Origin: Psychrosphaera aquimarina
GTDB lineage: Bacteria; Pseudomonadota; Gammaproteobacteria; Enterobacterales; Alteromonadaceae
Direction: 5' to 3'
DNA length: 32,000 nucleotides
NCBI RefSeq assembly: GCF_032461525.1
Contig: NZ_JAWCUA010000007.1
Span: 324,943 to 356,942, forward strand
Shown here: positions 26,770 through 32,000 of the stretch, piece by piece
Layout: each line of letters starts with the position of its first letter
Numbering within the stretch: the stretch's first letter is position 1
Translations under genes and position numbers: made by a program
The notes under the pieces: model-generated
Databases searched by the model: none
Told to the model about the DNA's origin: nothing
The model's input: the letters and a program-made list of their open reading frames with translations, nothing else

Positions 26770-29700
26770 TTAGAATTCTAATTTAGGATCAATTTCCAAG
26801 GCTTCCTTGATATCAATAAATAATTGATCATCAGGGTTAACTCGCCAACTGGTTCCCAGTTCAATCTTTGCGCTAGCCAGTTCATTTTCATAACTGATCT
26901 GTACTGGCGTTGTGCCATCTTTATAAGGTAATAATAACTTTTTCAACTGTTGCTGAATTTTATTACCTTTTTCTACACTGTTAACATTCAGGTTAATACA
27001 ATTAACGTATTTCTCTCTCGCCTGTGTTAACGACATAACATCGCGAGCGGTCATTGTATTGCCGTCACTGAAATTATCAAAGCTGACCTGTCCAGAAACG
27101 ATGATTATTTTACCATTTTGCAGCTGTTCTTGGTACATATCGTACTGTTCAGGGAAAAAGCGTAAATCCAGACGACCACTTTTATCATCTATTTTCACTA
27201 ATGCCCATTGTCTGTTCTTTTTATTAACTAAAACGCGAACATCAACCACGAGTCCAACCACAGTTATAGACTGATCTCGGCGAGTTGGCGTTACTTCGGA
27301 TAATTTTATTTTTGTATAATGACGTAATTCTTTACGATATTCATTAATTGGATGCCCTGTTAAGAACAAACCTAAAGTTTCCTTTTCACCCTCTAACCAT
27401 TTTTTATCTGGCCATAAAGTGGCGGGCTTAAATTTTTGTTGAACGTCTTCATCATCCGTCGCTAACAATCCAAATAAATCCGATTGACCCAAATCTGCAT
27501 TTTTGGCTTCTTGATTGGCCGCTTTTAACGCATCTTCCAGTGTGGCCATGATGATGGCACGTTGTTCTTGTTTGTGTGGTGCTGGGCCAATTTGATCTAA
27601 GGCACCGGCTAACACCAATTTTTCCATCACTCGTTTATTTAATTTTTTAACATCGACACGAGCACAAAAATCAAATAAATCCTTAAACTTACCACCTTTC
27701 TCACGAGCTTCTAATATAGCTTCAACCGGTGCTTCACCTACACCTTTAATCGCACCAATGCCGTAAATAATATGTTCTTGTTCATTGACCGTAAACTTGT
27801 ACGAACCTGAGTTTACGTCTGGTGGCTCAATCGTCAACTTCATGCGTTCACATTCATCAACCAAGGTCACGATTTTATCGGTATTATCCATATCCGCAGA
27901 CATAACCGCCGCCATAAACTCAGATGGGAAATGAGTTTTCATCCACAAAGTTTGATAAGACACCAAGGCATATGCCGCAGAGTGAGACTTATTAAACCCG
28001 TATCCAGCAAATTTCTCTACCAGATCAAATATTTTGGTCGCAAGCTCAGGATCGATATTATTGTTTTTTGCACCTTCAGCAAACGTCGCACGTTGCTTTT
28101 CCATTTCTTCAGGTTTTTTCTTACCCATAGCACGACGTAACATATCTGCGCCACCAAGGGAGTAACCTGACATTTCCTGTGCTATCTGCATTACTTGTTC
28201 TTGATAAACAATAATGCCGTAAGTTGGTTCTAGTACTTCTTTAAGGCAATCATGTTGATATTCATGATCTGGGTAAGCAACTTCTTCTTCACCTTTCTTA
28301 CGTAGAATGAAGTTATCTACCATGCCAGAATCTAACGGCCCAGGTCGGAACAAGGCAACTAATGCGATGATCTCTTCAAAGTTGTCTGGCTGTAACCGTT
28401 TAATTAGGTTTTTCATACCTGAAGACTCTAGCTGGAACACTGCTGTTGTCTCTGCATTTTTTAACATTTTAAAACAAGCGGGATCAGCAACATCTATTGA
28501 TGCTATATCAATAGGTTTTCTGCCTGCTTTAGCTAGTTTTGCATCGGCCATTTCAATGGCCCACTGCAAGATAGTTAAGGTACGTAACCCCAAGAAGTCG
28601 AATTTAACTAACCCAGCAGTTTCCACGTCATTTTTATCAAACTGTGTAACCGGATTGTTACCTTCGTCATCACAGTACAAAGGCGCAAAATCAGTGATTT
28701 TAGTAGGTGCGATTACAACACCACCGGCATGTTTACCCGCGTTAGATGTTACCCCTTCTAACTTACGAGCCATGTCGATAAGTTCTTTAACATCATCATC
28801 ACTGTTATATAACTCTGTGAGCTGTGGCTCTACTTCAAAGGCTTTTTTTAAGTCAGTGCCTGGTACTGTTGGGATCAGCTTTGAGATCCTATCTACAAAA
28901 CCATATGGATGACCTAATACACGTCCAACCCCAAGCACCACAGCTTTAGCAGCCAAGGTACCAAAAGTAATAATTTGCGATACGGCATCACGACCGTATA
29001 ATTCAGCAACGTGATCGATAACTTCTTCTCGACGCTCCATACAGAAATCGATATCAAAATCCGGCATCGAAACACGTTCTGGGTTCAAGAAACGTTCAAA
29101 TAATAGTGCAAACTCTAATGGATCTAAGTCAGTGATTTTTAATACATAAGCCACTAATGAGCCCGCACCTGAACCACGTCCAGGCCCAACCGGAATGTTG
29201 TTGTCTTTACTCCATTGAATAAACTCAGCAACGATTAAGAAATAACCAGGGAATCCCATTTGGTTAATAACGCCAAGTTCAATTTCTAAACGTTCATCGT
29301 ATTCGCCACGTTTGTTTTTTCTTTCTTCTTCATCGGGGAATAAAAACTGTAATCGCTCTTCTAAGCCTTCTCGGGATATTTTTATCAAGAAGTCAGCTTC
29401 GCTCATGCCGTCAGTAGGACAAGCCGGTAAGAAATACGTCCCCAATTGCACTGTGACGTTACAGCGTTTAGCTATCTCTACTGTGTTTTGTAATGCAGAA
29501 GGAATATCAGCAAATAACTCACACATTTCGTCTTCAGATCTCAGGTACTGCTGAGGACTATAATTTTTAGGGCGGTTTTTATCTTCAAGGGTATATTTTT
29601 GATGGATACAAACTCTGATCTCATGTGCATCAAAATCATCAGGTGACATAAAGACCACATGATTTGTCGCCACAATTGGGAAACCGGTTTGCTCCGCAAA

Positions 29701-30267
29701 ATCTAAAATTTGGTCGTTATAAATACGTTCTTCCGGACGACCTGTACGGTTGATTTCAATAAAAAAATGGTCTTGGAAATGGGTCTGGTAAGGTTCAATG
29801 ATCTCTTGCTGTAATTTAGGATTGTTTTTGGCTAAACCAAAAGCAATATCACCCTGATCTGCGCCGGATAAGATGATGATCCCTTCTTTATGTTCGATTA
29901 ACCACTCTTTTTCAATAACCGCCTTGCCACGAATTGAGCCTTTTAAATAAGCATTAGAGATAAGGTCGGTTATATTTTTATAACCATCATTATTTTTGGC
30001 TAATAACGTGAGTCTAAAAAGTGGCTCATCATCTTGACGCTTTACCCAAACATCTACACCAATAATAGGTTTAATACCTAAACCATGGGCGCCTTGATAA
30101 AACTTCACCAAACCACACAAGTTCATTTGGTCAGTTAATGCCAACGCTGGCATTTTTAAATCGGCCGCTTTACCTAATATCGCTTTGACCTTAGACATAC
30201 CATCCATCATGGAATAATCAGAATGGACGCGAAGATGTATGAATTTAGGGTCTGTAGTATTTGACAT
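26770..30267 (-). CDS. dnaE: DNA polymerase III alpha subunit
   Basis: 1165 aa with the PHP N-terminus [15 protein letters not shown]. Also [14 protein letters not shown] and MPDFDIDF. Confidence 0.97.
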   Translation of the reverse strand: MSNTTDPKFIHLRVHSDYSMMDGMSKVKAILGKAADLKMPALALTDQMNLCGLVKFYQGAHGLGIKPIIGVDVWVKRQDDEPLFRLTLLAKNNDGYKNITDLISNAYLKGSIRGKAVIEKEWLIEHKEGIIILSGADQGDIAFGLAKNNPKLQQEIIEPYQTHFQDHFFIEINRTGRPEERIYNDQILDFAEQTGFPIVATNHVVFMSPDDFDAHEIRVCIHQKYTLEDKNRPKNYSPQQYLRSEDEMCELFADIPSALQNTVEIAKRCNVTVQLGTYFLPACPTDGMSEADFLIKISREGLEERLQFLFPDEEERKNKRGEYDERLEIELGVINQMGFPGYFLIVAEFIQWSKDNNIPVGPGRGSGAGSLVAYVLKITDLDPLEFALLFERFLNPERVSMPDFDIDFCMERREEVIDHVAELYGRDAVSQIITFGTLAAKAVVLGVGRVLGHPYGFVDRISKLIPTVPGTDLKKAFEVEPQLTELYNSDDDVKELIDMARKLEGVTSNAGKHAGGVVIAPTKITDFAPLYCDDEGNNPVTQFDKNDVETAGLVKFDFLGLRTLTILQWAIEMADAKLAKAGRKPIDIASIDVADPACFKMLKNAETTAVFQLESSGMKNLIKRLQPDNFEEIIALVALFRPGPLDSGMVDNFILRKKGEEEVAYPDHEYQHDCLKEVLEPTYGIIVYQEQVMQIAQEMSGYSLGGADMLRRAMGKKKPEEMEKQRATFAEGAKNNNIDPELATKIFDLVEKFAGYGFNKSHSAAYALVSYQTLWMKTHFPSEFMAAVMSADMDNTDKIVTLVDECERMKLTIEPPDVNSGSYKFTVNEQEHIIYGIGAIKGVGEAPVEAILEAREKGGKFKDLFDFCARVDVKKLNKRVMEKLVLAGALDQIGPAPHKQEQRAIIMATLEDALKAANQEAKNADLGQSDLFGLLATDDEDVQQKFKPATLWPDKKWLEGEKETLGLFLTGHPINEYRKELRHYTKIKLSEVTPTRRDQSITVVGLVVDVRVLVNKKNRQWALVKIDDKSGRLDLRFFPEQYDMYQEQLQNGKIIIVSGQVSFDNFSDGNTMTARDVMSLTQAREKYVNCINLNVNSVEKGNKIQQQLKKLLLPYKDGTTPVQISYENELASAKIELGTSWRVNPDDQLFIDIKEALEIDPKLEF

Positions 30268-30359
30268 ATTTATTAATAATTATCACGGTTATGAGTCACA
30301 AGATAATGACTTTATATTGTTATTATTCAGATAATTCTAACGCCGACATGCGACGATAA

Positions 30360-30965
30360 TTATTCTAAACCAAGCGCTTTTCTAACTGGTTTAAATGATT
30401 GTCTATGTTGCGGGGTTGGGCCGTATTTAGCAAGCATTTCGAAATGTAATTTTGTTGGATACCCTTTGTGTTTAGCAAAACCAAACTCAGGGTAAATTAA
30501 ATCTAACTCTTTCATTTCATTATCACGAAACACTTTGGCTAAGATTGATGCGGCACTGATTTCAGCCACACGTAAATCACCTTTCACTAACGCTTCTGAA
30601 GGCATCGGTAGTTCTGGGCAGCGGTTGCCATCAATTAACACAAACTCTGGCTGAACAGACAAATGAGCGACTGCTCTGGTCATAGCTAACATAGTAGCGT
30701 GTAAAATATTAATTTCATCCACTTCGTGAGCGTCCGCTCTTGCGATAGACCATGCTAATGCTTTTTCTTTAATTTCAATGGAGAGTAACTCACGCTTTTT
30801 TTCAGTTAGTTTTTTTGAGTCCGTTAATCCTTTAATTGGATTATTTGGATCAAGTATCACAGCAGCAGTTACAACAGCACCAACCAATGGACCTCGACCT
30901 ACTTCATCAACACCCGCAATCAGTTTGTAGTCAGGGTATATATATTCTGGAAAGGTTTTATCCAT
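30360..30965 (-). CDS. rnhB: ribonuclease HII
   Basis: Motifs [12 protein letters not shown] and DSKKL; 201 aa. Overlaps the lpxB stop by 8 nt. Confidence 0.95.
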   Translation of the reverse strand: MDKTFPEYIYPDYKLIAGVDEVGRGPLVGAVVTAAVILDPNNPIKGLTDSKKLTEKKRELLSIEIKEKALAWSIARADAHEVDEINILHATMLAMTRAVAHLSVQPEFVLIDGNRCPELPMPSEALVKGDLRVAEISAASILAKVFRDNEMKELDLIYPEFGFAKHKGYPTKLHFEMLAKYGPTPQHRQSFKPVRKALGLE

Positions 30966-32000
30966 GATTTACAGCGTCCTTTTGTTTATGGTCGATAAGC
31001 TTCCAAATAGCATCGGCGGCTCGTTTACTGGCATCTCGTTTGATAGAACTATGTATGTCAGTAAAGGTTTGTTTTAACTCAACCTGCGGTTCAAGCAGCA
31101 TAGGTTTGATAGCTTTAACAATATTGTCAGTCGTTAAGTCTTGTTGAATTAACTCAGGCACTATCATCTTCTGCGCTAATAGGTTGGGTAAAGTGAAATA
31201 TGGCGTTTTTATCATACGACTAAATATCTGATAACTTAACCAACCTACTTTATAACCTGCAACCATAGGTGTTTTCATTAACATGGTTTCCAAGGTTGCT
31301 GTACCTGATGCTAATAACACGGCATCAGAAGCCGCCATTACCGCTCTTGCATTAGCTATGGATAAAGTGACACCTAAATCTGAGTATTCTTCATCAATGA
31401 TATTACCAATCAACGCGGCTCTGTTTTCGTTTACCGCTGGTACTAATATTTTAAGATCGGGAATTTGTTGTTGAAGCTCACGTGCTGCATCTAAAAACGG
31501 ACGTAATAATAGTTTAATTTCAGATCCACGACTGCCGGGCAAAACACCGAGTACTTTATCTGTAAGTGATAAACCTAGCCCTTGTCGATACTCTGCTTGT
31601 TGGTCATCTAACGGTACTTGGTCAGCCATGGTGTGACCAACAAAATCACAAGGCATATTGTGATCATCATAGAACTGTTTTTCAAATGGCAATAAAGCTA
31701 ATACTTTGTCGCAGGCTTGTTTAATTTTATGAATGCGTGATTGCCGCCATGCCCATACAGACGGACTGACATAATGAACCGTTGGGATCCCTTGTTGTTT
31801 TAACGCGAGTTCCAAGCCGATATTAAATTCAGGCGCATCGATACCTATTACAATATCGGGTTGCCAATCGATTAGATCTTGTACTAACTGCTTACGTTTT
31901 TTTAACAACCTAGGTAAACGTTTTAATATTTCAACAATGCCCATAACGGCAAGCTCTTCCATGTCAAACATGGTTTCACAACCAAGTGCCATCATTTTAG
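30958..32000 (-). CDS. lpxB: lipid-A-disaccharide synthase; the 5' end lies beyond the window
   Basis: [11 protein letters not shown] and [18 protein letters not shown] parallel E. coli LpxB. The lpxB-rnhB-dnaE-accA synteny fits. The frame stays open to the window edge. Confidence 0.9.
   Translation of the reverse strand, partial: KMMALGCETMFDMEELAVMGIVEILKRLPRLLKKRKQLVQDLIDWQPDIVIGIDAPEFNIGLELALKQQGIPTVHYVSPSVWAWRQSRIHKIKQACDKVLALLPFEKQFYDDHNMPCDFVGHTMADQVPLDDQQAEYRQGLGLSLTDKVLGVLPGSRGSEIKLLLRPFLDAARELQQQIPDLKILVPAVNENRAALIGNIIDEEYSDLGVTLSIANARAVMAASDAVLLASGTATLETMLMKTPMVAGYKVGWLSYQIFSRMIKTPYFTLPNLLAQKMIVPELIQQDLTTDNIVKAIKPMLLEPQVELKQTFTDIHSSIKRDASKRAADAIWKLIDHKQKDAVNHG

Noticed and set aside
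28307-28912. A 201-aa plus-strand ORF inside dnaE, together with other antisense ORFs at 26055-26294, 27059-27274, 27931-28140 and 29312-29554.
   Set aside because: These are shadow ORFs opposite strongly supported conserved genes. Their translations are low-complexity and Ser/Leu-rich, and they have no ribosome-binding site.
1-32000. A search for tRNA, rRNA, transposase or integrase genes and for prophage or defence-system genes.
   Set aside because: I saw no tRNA-like T-arm or acceptor patterns, no rRNA, and no ORF with DDE, tyrosine-recombinase or typical defence motifs. The accessory character of 1-15.7 kb rests on gene content and composition only.

Overview
This is a low-GC window that looks like a marine gammaproteobacterium, possibly Alteromonadales or Colwellia-like; that taxonomic guess is inference. 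All family assignments come from motifs read by eye, since no searches could be run.

**Core region (about 15.8-32 kb).** Two enterobacterial-type syntenic blocks sit here.
- Minus strand: thyA, lgt, a TauE-family gene, ptsP and rppH, with mutH and a DUF1415-like gene on the plus strand.
- Minus strand: tilS, accA, dnaE, rnhB and a partial lpxB.
- The normally tight lgt-thyA junction is split by about 1.3 kb. The insert holds a GxxExxY (PD-(D/E)XK-like) gene and a dense array of imperfect palindromic repeats of roughly 104 bp, built from about thirty copies of a 9-mer, CACNAAGRA.

**Accessory region (about 1-15.7 kb).** The most interesting content is a minus-strand locus resembling a chaperone-usher fibre system.
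- It encodes two very acidic secreted subunits of DUF4402 / spore-coat-U-like type, followed by an intrinsic terminator.
- Next come two PapD-like chaperones and an oversized (about 1120 aa) usher-like outer-membrane protein.
- The usher-like protein carries a carboxypeptidase-regulatory-like beta-sandwich and two C-terminal SPOR-like peptidoglycan-binding repeats.
- A short third subunit paralog, a small lipoprotein and an orphan ORF follow.
- The usher gene is split exactly at an A_AAA_AAG heptamer (an A7 tract), where a -1 shift restores one reading frame.
- The locus is flanked upstream by two paralogous FlgO/TolB-N-like lipoproteins behind a textbook sigma-54 promoter.
- Divergently transcribed from these is an MHYT-PAS-PAS hybrid histidine kinase with an HD-GYP response regulator.
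- At the left edge is a TPR-sulfotransferase gene that the ORF track missed.

No rRNA, tRNA, CRISPR array or transposase was seen.
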